DNA from: Takakia lepidozioides
Lineage: Eukaryota > Plantae > Bryophyta
Direction: 5' to 3'
Assembly: GCA_030704615.1 (NCBI GenBank)
Contig: CM060731.1
Location: forward strand, 31,620,001-31,684,000
DNA length: 64,000 bases
The translations under genes and the position numbers were made by a program. The notes under the pieces are model-generated. The model was not told the DNA's origin, ran no database searches, and saw only the letters and a program-made list of their open reading frames with translations. Numbering within the stretch: position 1 is the stretch's first letter; the number at the start of each line of letters is the position of its first letter. This document shows, piece by piece, positions 49,242-61,364 of the stretch.

Positions 49242-51213
49242 TATCACTGAGCAATTTGACTTGCGAGCTGTACTGGTGGCAGCTCAAGGTTGCCTTTCTT
49301 TTTTCAATGGCCTCGTTGGTGTTTAGAGCTGCAGTTGCACTGATCTTATGGAACTTCAGGCTGACAGTAATGATCAACTTTCAGGTGTGACCTTCTCTGT
49401 ATTGACATGCCCTCCAGATGTTGCCTTTTGGTACTGGGAATTTTTGTTGGAAGGTAGTATAACATAGCAAGGCCTGAGAGGAGAGAGTGCAAGAAAAGTG
49501 AAATGATTAATTGCCTTCCAATTTGCAGCTCCTGCTCCTTCTTGGGGGAAAGAAATCTAGTTACTGTAGTTCATCTGAGTACTTGACAGGTATTTTGAGT
49601 CTTGAATCTGCAGAGTAATCATTAGTAAGGATTGCTGGTGGAATGTGATTGCATTCTTTTGGTCGAATTACCCAGTATCGCTGTAGGAGCACTAATCATA
49701 CAGTGGAAAGAACTAATGGCTATTTTGGAATGGAAATGTTAGGTCTCCAACAGGTTTCTGCAGCGGGTGCACTGGCTCTTTCTTCAATCAGATAGGAGGC
49801 TGCCTATTTCATTGGATGCTGACAGGTTTTGGTCGTCTTAGTCATTCAAACTTGGCAGGAATGATGGAATGAGCTTTCTTAGTAACCGCTTCGCACCATC
49901 AGCTCAGTCCCTGTGCATTATTTGGACAATAATGCTTTTGAGGATATATGGCAGGCTGCTAGGAATATGTTCCTGGACCTGTGCAGGGGTCATGGTGGGG
50001 CTCCGCATTTCAAAAGGCTGTTACAATCTAGTCGGCAAAATTTGTAGTTGTTGTTCAAGCATTTTTTTTATTTTCATAGTTTGATTGAGAGAATGACAAA
50101 TGAGAGTTCATATTCTTGGCAGCCAAGACTCAAAAGTTGATGTTGCCTGTAAACATGGAAAGATGAACTAGTCTGTAGATGCAGCAGCATGCATTTTTTT
50201 GGCATGTTAATCTTCTCCATGTCATGGAAAATCAAGTAATTGAATGTTTAACCCCAGACATTTTCCGCTGCAGCTATGCACTCCTGCATTATTCCTGGTG
50301 ATCTGTCAAGGTTATTAAGGTTTCTTTATGGCTACCACATTTGATCAGTTTGGCAAATCACGCAGCATCATCTCTCTCCTGGCCCATCTGTAGCTCTATC
50401 AGTTTTTTTAAAGTTTAATACAAAATTCCACTGTAAATTTTCTATCATCCTTAACACCTTCAGGCTTCTCTCGAGTTTAGATTTCTCTCTCGCGCATAAT
50501 AGGAAGAAGACCCAAACTTCACACAGAATCCCAGAGTTCAAGGGACGATAATGCATAACACAAGAGTCAAACAGCCCAGAGACTGAGCATATCTCCTCCC
50601 CGCTAAAATCTTCCACAGAAGAGCTTTTGTCCAAGACTAAAGAGAGCACAGAGCCATGCCATGCACAGACTGAGAAAATCAACTTTCTGATGAATTTGAA
50701 TGCAATAGGTGGATGTTCAGGGGCAATTTCATTAAAACGTAAAGGTTGTGAAACTTGCACTGGCAGTAGGTGAAGTGAATGGAGAGGAAAGCACAACAAC
50801 TCAATGAACCCAGGTTTCTGATTGAGCTACTAGTAACTGGTAACTTCATCATGATATAGAACACTTTGGCTTCTAGCAGCAGTCTAGAACTACCTTTCAT
50901 CGCATGTACGCAGCAGCTTGTTAGGCTGGCAGAGCCATCACATTGACAGCCAATTCGAAAATCTGCATGTCACTAGATTAGCAAGGTAAGTTAAGGTTCA
51001 CTTGGGAAGTCAGTTGTTAATATCTGACATTTGGAAAAGCTTTGCCAACCTGGAAAGCCCTATAAAGGTGGTGAACTGTGTGCCTGTTCTCATTTACTTG
51101 ATCACCCAAGAGGTTCATACAGCGACACAAATGCTCCAATCATAATGATAGCTGCTTACAGGGTTAGATATTGAGGAGATCCTTCCTGATGCTTAGGATA
51201 CAGTGAGCCTTTG

Positions 51214-53903
51214 TCAATCCAATGACGGTGACCAAGTTTGCCGAATGTCTACAAGCGCGCGCAAACCTACTCTCAGCTCAGCAACTCCCTCTTCCAAGAC
51301 TGCACAAACTGGAAAGATGGGCATAGATTGTGGTAGTCTCCGCTTGAGTTCATCTAAGGCCACATCCGTCCCCGGTTCATCAATTTTGTTAGCCACCACT
51401 AGTGATGGCCGTTGTGATAACCCTGCTTGATATTCCTCTAGTTCATTGATAAGCTCTTGCAATTGATCCCAGGGAAGGGCTCCTTTGTGGTCTCCCTGGC
51501 CTGCAGATAAATCCACTACATAGGCTAAGGCCTTGGTGCGCTCTATATGCCGCAAAAAAGCATGCCCTAAGCCTCTGTTTTCATGTGCACCCTTGATCAA
51601 CCCTGGAATGTCTGCAACAGTCATTGCAAAGAAGTCCTCATACTCTAATTTTCCAATGTTAGGTCTCAAGGTGGTGAACGCATAGTGACCAACAGCTGGC
51701 TTAGCTCGCGAAATAGCCCCCAAAAGTGTGCTCTTGCCAGCATTTGGTGCCCCCACAAGCCCGACATCAGCTATGGTCTTTAGTTCCAATACAAGGATTG
51801 CCTCAGAGCCAGGTAAGCCAGGCTCATGGTCGAGACTGGGAAGATTCTTTTGGCTGCCCTTGCCTCTTGCAACCGCTGCGTTCCCTCGGCCTCCTTCCCC
51901 CCCACATGCCACCACTAAGCTCTGTCCAGGTCTTACAAACTCGGCAACAGAGTACCGCATAGCCAGTTCGAAGATGTCTTCTTTCTCCTCTTCATCCTCT
52001 TCATCAGAAATGCAATCCCCTGCAAAGAGATTGGAGAGCTACTGCAAATTATGCGGAGTGCATTTGGACGTTTGATAGAAAGTAAACTTCTGGCATCTAC
52101 CTATAATAAATTACAGAGACTTCACTGGTTGACTGTAGACTAAGCCCTGTCTACACCAGGGTGGAAGGTAGGAGTAACCAGCCAAATGGAGACTCTGCAC
52201 CAACATACAGTGACATACAACGAAAAGTTCTGAAGGAAACAAATGAAACCTGAAATTTCATCTTGGTCAGCTCGGCTCTCACGATAATGATCCCCTCCAC
52301 CACCACCCCTATCTTCTTTAAAAGAAGTGTCAACGTCACGGTCTTGCAAAATCAAGTCCTTTTCATGGGGGGCACAAGGACTGGCTCTTTTATTAAGAAT
52401 TGCCCCTTCAGTGTTGCCACCACATTCCTCTATGTCAAGGGTTCCTTCTGCATGGGCAGGAACTCTCCAGTGCTCCCAAGGGGATTGGTCTGGCAAAATT
52501 GAAGGTTGTTCCAGGCAGGGGATGGATCCCATCTCAAGATGCACAACAATTCCAATCGGAACCTGTACAATCTGTAACTTTTACAATGATGAAGTTAGCA
52601 TCCATGGAATTACAAAGTTCTAAGAGCGACAGTTGGAGGGACAAAAAAGATTTGAAATCCTTTATATTCATCAACCATGTCTGCAAAATGTGGTCTCTGC
52701 TGCAACCACCAAGGACTTCATCCTCTGTAACACGGCACTGGTTTGTAGTCAGTACCTTGTCAAGGCCACGGCTGCCAACTTGTCTCTTGGAAGTCCCTTG
52801 TCCGCCTTTCTTTCCGTTCTGCATAAGAAACACTCCACCACCATGGTTTAGCACCCTAATCCTCATTCCAAGTTGCTGACAAAATAGCTGTATACCTATA
52901 AGTTAGACATACTTGTGAAGAGCAAAAGTCATCAAGGACTAAATGGCGCCCCAGCTGGGCTGCATTGCATGTTAAGCGCCAGGCAGGACAGAGAGAGGGC
53001 CACTGCAGTGGAAGGGTGGACATACCAGGTGATGTTGAAGATTGCTCAAGTCCCAGACAGCACCAGAGCTGACCAGAATTACGTCTCCTCCCTTTCCTCC
53101 ATTTCCCCCTGCATTAGTGCTGTATCCATTGAGCCATCAAACAGTTTCACAGAAGGCGAAGTTCAGTTTTGCTTCCATTACAGTTTCCATTGTGAGAAGC
53201 AAGACTACCTTTAGATATCTGGAAGGATATTGAGGATTGATAATGATTGAGGTATGCCTCTAAAACAAGGAGAGCATCAAGAAGCCTCTTTACCATCAGC
53301 AACACGGTGGTCAGAATGGCGACTCTTGCGAAAGCTGGTGCAGCCAGCCCCTCCCTCACCGCCTCTCACATGTATTCGAAACCTGTCTACCATTTTGCGC
53401 TCCTGATTCAAAACACAGTCAACTTCTGATAAAGACGATCATCTCAGGGTGTCGAAATAACAGGATATAATTGTTCGCGTTAGTGTGGACGATCCATCTT
53501 GGCCAATCCGTAAAAACGCACATTATTTATCTTGAAAACATGCATTTTAGATGATTCACCAAATAGCAGCTAAGGAATCGGCGTTCTAGGGAATCCCAGA
53601 GGGGATTTCATTGGGGAGTTGCCAACAATTCTTCAAATGAAGTAAGAATGAAAATTTTACCTGCAAAGGCACCAGCTTGCGTTTCTTGGGTGGCCCACTA
53701 TCTGACATGAAGTCTCTTGTTCCTGTTTGCAACCAAAACTGGACGCACACCTCTGGCATCCAAATATCAGACTTGGCAGTCCGTGCTCGAATCCACCAAC
53801 CTCCCTGTAGTTGAACACCAGAATTTTCTATCAGCAAATCCTTCTTCAAATCCCTGTAGTTGAAACCAGCCTTGCCATGGGCTCTCCAACTCCAAAGGGA
53901 CAC
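51214..53903 (-). CDS. Obg-family GTPase, mitochondrial type (OBGM-like); exons approx. 53903-53661, 53403-53293, 53110-53026, 52818-52756, 52571-52250, 52020-51214; start codon uncertain
   Basis: VDRFRIHVRGGEGGAG, DGGNGGKGGDV, LELKTIADVGLVGAPNAGKSTLL (G1), YAFTTLRP (G2), ADIPGLI (G3), GLGHAFLRHIER and NKID (G4). Confidence 0.92.
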
Positions 53904-55199
53904 TCTCTTCTATCCTCTCCCAGAAGAAATGGAAGAGGCTTGGGTGTGGACAGAGCAGTAAAGGGAGGGAATTTAACTGGGAGAGAACAACACACACCCC
54001 TTTCTCCATCCCCCGGGTAGTCCCATCACAGCACAAAGACTGGTCTCATAAAAACAATAGTTGCCCATCACACAATGTCATAGCCTTCACTCCAAGGTTG
54101 TAAAATCTCACAGCCCCCTCGCAGCCAGAGGAATCGCACTTCCATATTCACCTCGCACTAGATCTTATAGATGAACGTGACTTGCGTGGGCTGAGAAGTT
54201 TTTTATGCAAGTCAGCGGAAAAGCTTTTCAGTCATGAGCGTAAAGCTCCATAAGTTTTGAATCTATACAACGATATGCAACGTTGCAATATTACTGCAGG
54301 GTATAGGGTTTAAGTCGTGAAGCTTGAACGGAAATTGTAAAGCCCGGAATCAATTGAAGCTGGAATCAGCCTCACTCTAGGGAACCAGCTGAGTTTAATA
54401 TCGACCAATATCTATTGATCCAAAATGCGTGCAATGTGTTCATCAATTTCCTCAGTAAAGCTGCAGTAGAAAACCCCAGCTGACACCGAAACGTAACACT
54501 GAAGAGTCGGGCTATGCTACGTTTCCAGTTCATATTTGAAACCTTTCAGGCCGTGAGACTTTCGAGATAGTTCCACGACGGAAGAATCTCAAAAGAAAAC
54601 GCCTCAGTGGGAATGGAGAGGCAAAGTCATCTGGCTCTGGACACACAGCTGAAATGGTACTTGCCTGAAGAAGGGAGCGTAAAGAAGGCGCCATTCTCTC
54701 CCAGACTAGATCTGCAAGCACATTCCTTGCCAATCTCTTCACATTTCCGCTCATCACTCTTGATTGCATGACTTCATCTTAGAAGTAATATAAAAACAGT
54801 ATAGCCCAACGTGCAGTACTTTAGAAAGTTGGGAGGCGGCAATGCACATATAATTCTCTTTGAGGGAAGAATCTATGACCACTTGGGTTTGCAAAACAGC
54901 TGTGAAGAGGAAATGGGGTGAGGAAGACGCTGAAAGTGGTGGGTCTTCTGAAAGGCGGGCGGTAATGGATCCTTCCCCAAGAAGAAGACGAAAAGGAAGA
55001 AGGTATGCGGTAAGGAGAGAAGGAAGAGGATGCACGTCAAGTGATAAACAGAGCAGACCGCATTGCAACTCTTTCACACTTCCATCTCTATGTTTTTTGG
55101 GGATTTCTATGGAACTGTAGGCTTCAAAGAAAGGCTTCTTTGCCGACGAAGACGTTCTTAACGGAGTCGTCCGTCCGTATCTTGTCTGTGCAGACCCAC

Positions 55200-55210
55200 G
55201 AACCCTAAAC
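55200..55210 (+). promoter_or_regulatory. Telo-box-like element upstream of RPS8
   Basis: GAACCCTAAAC about 60 nt before the ATG; telo boxes (AAACCCTAA) are typical of plant ribosomal protein promoters. Confidence 0.5.
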
Positions 55211-55262
55211 CCAAGCCCCGCTCTTTGAATGCCTCGCTGCGCTCAGCGAGCGCAGCAGCAGG

Positions 55263-56383
55263 ATGGGTATCTCGCGTGACTCCACCCACAAGAGACGGGC
55301 GACTGGAGGCAAGAAGAAGTCATGGCGCAAGAAGCGCAAGTAAGTGTTTGATGTCTTCTGTAGTCTATGAAGCAATCCGACTGAGGGGCACTCCGATCTT
55401 AAGTGAGAGAACAGCGCGTGATGTGAGATGAATGGACTTATTAGCCTTATTAGTGGGTTAAAAATCCGGTGCTTGTTCGTGATGGGGGGCTAAGGATATG
55501 GGCTGGTTGTTCTGGACAGGTACGAGCTCGGGAGGCAGCCAGCGATGACCAAGCTGTCAAGCAATAAGACAGTGCGGTGCATTCGAGTGCGTGGAGGTAA
55601 CCTCAAATTTCGAGCCCTTCGTGTCGACACAGGCAACTTTTCATGGGGATCCGAGGCTGTCACTCGCAAGGTTCGCATATTGGACGTGGTGTACAATTCA
55701 TCAAACAATGAGCTTGTGCGCACTCAAACGCTCGTGAAGAACGCCATCGTCCATGTGGATGCTACCCCCTTCCGTCAATGGTACAACCAGCACTACAATT
55801 TTGACATTGGCAAGAAGAAGAAGGTTGTTTCCAAGAAGGAAAGTGCTGAGGTGAATGTTCTCCGTTTCCTCTGCTCTTCCCCTCCTCTTTTTGCGTCATG
55901 ATAACATTGGTATAGGAGTGTCTGCACCTTTTGTTCTCAGGATATGGTTTGACATGCGCTCACTATATTGTACAGGAGGGTGTAGCTGGGGAGGAGGAGA
56001 AAAAAGCGAGCAACCACGTCCAACGCAAAGTCTCCAAGAGGCAGGAGGACCAGAAGCTGGATCCCCATCTGGAGGACCAATTTGCCAGTGGCAGGTTGTT
56101 TGCCTGTCTCGCATCTCGGCCTGGACAGTGTGGCCGTGCAGATGGGTATGTAATGTGGTTTGATTGTGGCACAACCAATTTGAATTCCATGCCAATACGT
56201 GGTCTATCAAAAGGTATGTACACTCAGGACGTCATTCAAGCAGATGCATTGCGTTACTGAAGAGATTGGCTGACCTGGGTTTTGGTGTGGGGCTTGGGCA
56301 GGTACATATTGGAGGGGAGGGAGCTTGAGTTTTATCAGAGAAAGATTCAAAAGAAGAAAGGAAAGGGTGCCGCGGGGGCCTAG
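55263..56383 (+). CDS. RPS8: 40S ribosomal protein S8 (eS8); exons 55263-55339, 55520-55850, 55976-56145, 56301-56383
   Basis: [26 protein letters not shown]|[12 protein letters not shown]...[14 protein letters not shown]...[11 protein letters not shown]|[11 protein letters not shown]. Confidence 0.97.
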
Positions 56384-57579
56384 AAATGACCTTCCACAGG
56401 AAATTTTTGTAGTTTATTCCCCAATTCCATTTTCCCCCTGGTGGGTTATTTGGAAAGTTTAGGCAAGCCATTGTCATCAACACAAAGTTGTGCTGTGGTG
56501 AAGATATTTGGGGGTAAGATACAGCACCTCTATGTAGGGCGTCTGTTCGCGGGCACAGAGAGTGTTTAGCTTTCATCTCCTAAAACTCCATACTTGTGTG
56601 AGAATGTTGGCAATTTCTATTCTTTCTGCACTGTCTCTAAATGTAGCTCTTATTCTTGAGTGTCAGGGCAATGGGAAAATTATCTTTGCACTGGACTATA
56701 GAGAGACCTGTTGGATCAGACTTTCAAGTCTGGGTGACCATCTTACAGGTTGATGAATTGACTAGGAAAATGTGGGAGGAAAGGACCCGGAAGGTCATGA
56801 ACTAATATGTGAAGAGAGAGAGAGTTGGGGGCTGTCGTCTTGACAAGAAAGGATCTGTGTACTTCAGACTAGGCCAAAAAAATTATAGACAATACAGCCT
56901 TCAAAGAAGGCACCATCACATTTCCTCTTGATCCAGACCCAACATTGACTCCAAATCCATAGAGGTGATGGGGGTGGTTGGGGTGTACTTTGTGATCAAA
57001 TATAGTAGCAGATTTGCCAGAGATACGCACAATGGTTCACAGTTTTTCATGAACAGTTATACTGGTCCATGATAGAGAGTAGGAGATAGCTGTGTAATCC
57101 AAATAGCTGCAATGTCAAGCATCATTGTGTTGCATTTTGTTTTCAAACAACACCTGTATCAAAATTACCATCGACATGGTTTTCAGGAAACTTGATCGAA
57201 GAGCTTTGACAAGTTAGGTTCTGAAAATGAGCTCATGATGACAAACGTCATAGTCATATATCATACTAATGCACTAAATCACTAACCTAGCAGATTGGAA
57301 AAATCTCAAAGACTATATTTTAGATCCCTGGAGAGGGCAACCCATTGATATTCTTGACGGAGAGAGGGTTGACGTCTCCTCCATGGCTAAACCTGCATGT
57401 GGTTTAGCCAAAAATGGGCAACGTGGCATTGCTATGGAATCCTACTTAAAGAAGGGCTGCCACTTAGTCACGTGCGTTATATTGGCAGGGCGCTTCCAAC
57501 TGTCCACTGTCTATACCAGTCGGGAAAAGAAGAACCTCTTATGTGTGCAGAGTCTCCCGGACACTTGAGAAGAAGAGGG

Positions 57580-60389
57580 ATGGAAACCTTCAGGGTCAGG
57601 TTGTGGACTGCCATTCTCTCCGGTCTTTGCATCTTCTGTTTTCCAATTGGTGGTGCAGCCGTCAGCAGGAGAAAATTTCTTCCAGAAGGCCCGGTCCTTC
57701 TGCAGATTGCCGCAGATCAGAAGGTTGAGAACTTTATGACTTGCAACGAACCTTGCACCTCTCAAGTCTTGGAACTATCAAAAATCTGCTCTGCCTGCAT
57801 GATATCTCGTCCCCAAATTCCTAGATACATGGAAATGGTCCGTTGGCAACTCGCATCAGACGTGCTCATTGCAATTGCCTACTTCTCCATCCCTATCGAG
57901 CTGCTGTATTTCATATACAAATTAAAGGTGCCGAAACACAGTCTTCCAGCTATTAATTATGTATAAATAACATAAGCGAGATGCCTGTCGATCACCGCGT
58001 AGCCGCGGTGATCCAGACGTTGTACATCTAGAGAAAACAGGAAAATCTGAAGTGCATTATGGCGTCCCACCTGCATGATGGTAGTTTAGTTGTATGCTCT
58101 AAGAATCAGGAAATCAAAGCTGTATGCATGTTAAAGAAGGACTAAAATTTATGAGTGGCATGCATTTGGTCCGCAGGTATTTCAATACAAATGGTTGGTT
58201 GCCCAATTTGGTGCCTTCATTGTCCTCTGTGGAATAACGCATATTACAAACCTATGGGTCACATTTCATTCTGGCTCAACATCTTCAGTTATAACCATGA
58301 CATTCTTCAAAGTGGTTACTGCTTTCGTATCGTGTACAACAGCCGTCACGCTTAGTTGGGTGATTCCAGTAGTCCTTTCACTCAGGCGAGCTGCCGAACG
58401 CTGTGAAGGTAATCTGAACAACCCTATTAATTCAAAGGCAGCCAGAAGAACCTGTTAGTGGTGTACAATAGCTTCGTAAGTACTAGTGTATAATCATCTG
58501 CGAACTAGATCATGAAACAAGACAACTCATAACTTGGGAACCACTCTCGGAACCACTCAACTCCAGGAGCCGGGTGGCCCCTGGCCTTATACATCCTAAC
58601 TATCTCGCTACGGACCTATTTACATTAACATATGGGTGATCCACAGGCGCATACATCGGGTCTCACATTGAAACAAACTATCTCACATTCGACAATCCGA
58701 GCATAGGCCATAGTCTTTGCTATGTAATATCCATACATTGCAAACAAAACTTGAAAGTGCCGAGGGACCCTTTTAGTTAGCTGGATAATTCTGTGGCTCA
58801 TTTTGGGATCAAGAGGACGAACTCCAGGGTAATCTCTGACCAGTTCAGTAAATCAATGTCGCATCAAGTGATTTTAACGAGCCGTTAGTGTCGGGCACGG
58901 TACAAGTTTTGGATCCAGGATGTGAACAAAGACTGCTGTACAGTTTCAAAGAATACAGACTCAGTAGTTCACAAAACAACAGTGTCCTGGAGAGTAAACT
59001 TGTTGTGATCCTGATGTACCTACATGTCTGTGACTAGACTGCAGAGCTGAATACTGAGGTAAGTACGATGAAAACACACGTGGAAACAGTGCACCATGTG
59101 CGCATGCTGACCCATGAGATCCGAAGCACTCTCGATCGGCACACCATCTTGCAGACAACACTGGTGGAATTGTCACATACATTGGAATTGGAAAGCTGTA
59201 ACGTCTGGATGCCTAGCGCGGATGGTCAGACCATTGAGCTTGCTTATGAACTTGAGCCTCACACTTCTCCTGTCCCAACGAGCGTCCTGCTGAGCGATGA
59301 AAGCATCCAGAATGTACGCTCACTCCCACCTAAGCCAGCAGCTATGGTATAAGCAGTTCTTTCTTAGGAATAATCACATCTTTTTAGACTCCTTTGGCAA
59401 GATACTACTGTCACGAATATCATGTCGTTTAGAGGAAAAAATAAGGGAATTTATCACCCGGGAGTGGCCGCTCACAACTCGGGCCGCTAACGCGCCCAAG
59501 GGAAGGGGAGAATATAATTTCACTTGCAAATAGGTAACTAGCAGGATCTCAACCCAGCATCAGCTGGTGGTGCTACCAACATTTCCTTGGAAATGAAATA
59601 TTTTTCGCCTACCCAACAACCTTGGCAATAGAATCACACAACAGCAGGGGAGCTAAGGGCGCGGGACCAGAAATGAGACACATGGATGTGTGTGCAGCCT
59701 AAATAGACAAGAGGGTTCAACCCAACAGGAACCGATCACCTCCAAAGAATATGGCAATCAAACTGCGGTGTCCGAACACACTTTTCAACTTTGTACAAAG
59801 TCTACTGAACATGTCAGTGTAGTCTTTGAAATTCCCTTTTGTGCAGAGCGCTTATTTCTCATTCGTATGTGGGACAGCATGAGTCCAAGGACGGAGCCGT
59901 GGCTCTTAGTTAGGCCGGTCTCGGCCGGAGTCTTCTCTCTCTCCAAGGACGGGAAGGGGGCGAGTGTTTGAAGAAAGAGTTGAAATATGATCTCACTGAC
60001 AAAGCATTTACTAAAATAAACACTTGCATGTCCAATTGGTGAAGGTAGTTCCTCGATCAAGGTATAATTGTCTAATCAAGCTGTTCTCTTGGCAGGTTAT
60101 TAACAACCCCGGTGCCACGTTTGTTCCAAACGAGTCTACCATTGCACTGCGCTCAACTGGGGACCCTGGACACAAAAAACGTGTTGTAGCAGTAAGACTT
60201 CCTTGTATGCGCACATCTTACTTTGGAAAAGGCCTAAATGATAAAAATCAAGAGACTGCAAATGGGAATGTCCAGAATAATGCAGCTACATCCTGCACAT
60301 ATGCATTGCTGGTTCTTGTAATTCCAGATCTCTCGGAAAGGCAATGGCTCGATCACGAGTTGCTCTTGGTGACAGCAGTTGCTGACCAG
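57580..60389 (+). CDS. Ethylene receptor (ETR/ERS family with an N-terminal hydrophobic extension), partial: TM and GAF exons approx. 57580-57927, 58177-58408, ~59045-59313, 60096-60389; remainder beyond the window
   Basis: [32 protein letters not shown] (Cu-binding Cys/His), [32 protein letters not shown] and W...EL.LV..VADQ. Confidence 0.93.
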
Positions 60390-60510
60390 GTCAGTCTTCT
60401 AAGCATTATCAGCCTGGAAGGTTGTTAACAAACAGCCAAAGTACATGTCTTGGGGGCGAATGAGTGGGTAGGAAAGAGAGACGAGAGAAGCAGTTTAGGA
60501 AACTTGAAAG

Positions 60511-60644
60511 GTAGGGAATGTTGGCCTATGACCATACACTTCATCAAATGTCCATATGGGCTGTGTGGCGATAGGTGGTGATACATCTGTCCATAAGGAC
60601 ATGTGGGGTATGATCGTCATAGGCCAACATGCCCTAGTCCCTAC
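60511..60644. mobile_element. Small foldback/MITE-like element
   Basis: Inverted arms gtaggga..atgttggcctatgac / gtcataggccaacat..tccctac, plus inner atgtcc.tatgg / ccataaggacat. Confidence 0.65.
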
Positions 60645-60726
60645 TTGTAAGTTACTCCAACTTGCTACTGCACTATGTATAACTCTCTAACTTGGGGGGT
60701 TGGTATTCTGTGAGCACAGCGTGTGT

Positions 60727-61012
60727 CAGTGTTTTTATTTCTGGCGAAATTTCGCACTTGTTTGACCTCAAAAATCAAAATCGAATATTCTGTCGTAAAT
60801 TCCCTATTTTCTCATGGATGAAATCACCAAAATTCTCAAAAACAAATATAAATCTTGGATGAATTCGCCTAATATGGATGATATACATGGATGAAAGTAC
60901 AGTGGAGGATGATTCTGTCCAAATTTCAGTGGATGAGCAGAAAATATGGCTATTTCCTGCAAAACTCAGTAGCCAGTCCTGTTCTTTTCCAAATTTGAAA
61001 AAGAAAACACTG
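60727..61012. mobile_element. hAT-type MITE with an 8-bp target-site duplication
   Basis: TIR CAGTGTTTT / AAAACACTG flanked by the perfect direct repeat GCGTGTGT (60719-60726 and 61013-61020); internal ATGGATGA-like subrepeats. Confidence 0.9.
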
Positions 61013-61210
61013 GCGTGTGTCCCGCTCGCATGAGCCGGTCACAGGAGTTTTATGTTTTCTAACCTCGATCATAGGAGTTATATGTTTTCAAAATGGAATA
61101 AGATCATAAGCGGGTATAGAGGACTGGTGCATTTGTACGATACATCTGCCCCAATTCAGCGAAGCGAAACCATCGGTAGTATAGCCAGAAACCCTAAGCC
61201 TATAGCGGCG

Positions 61211-61364
61211 GCAGTGAATTTCACGTTGACAAATACTTGGTGATATTGGCACAAACTAAGGAGCAGTGAATTTCGCATTGAGAAATACTTGGTGATATGA
61301 GCACAAACCAAGGAGTGGTGAATTTCGCATTGAGAAATACTTGGTGATATGGGCACAAACTAAG
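61211..61364. repeat. 3 x 52-bp tandem minisatellite
   Basis: gtgaatttc..ttga.aaatacttggtgatat..gcacaaac.aag at 61214, 61266 and 61318. Confidence 0.92.

Noticed and set aside
61211-61364. CRISPR-like array
   Set aside because: Contiguous tandem units with no unique spacers, in a eukaryotic intron, with no cas genes.
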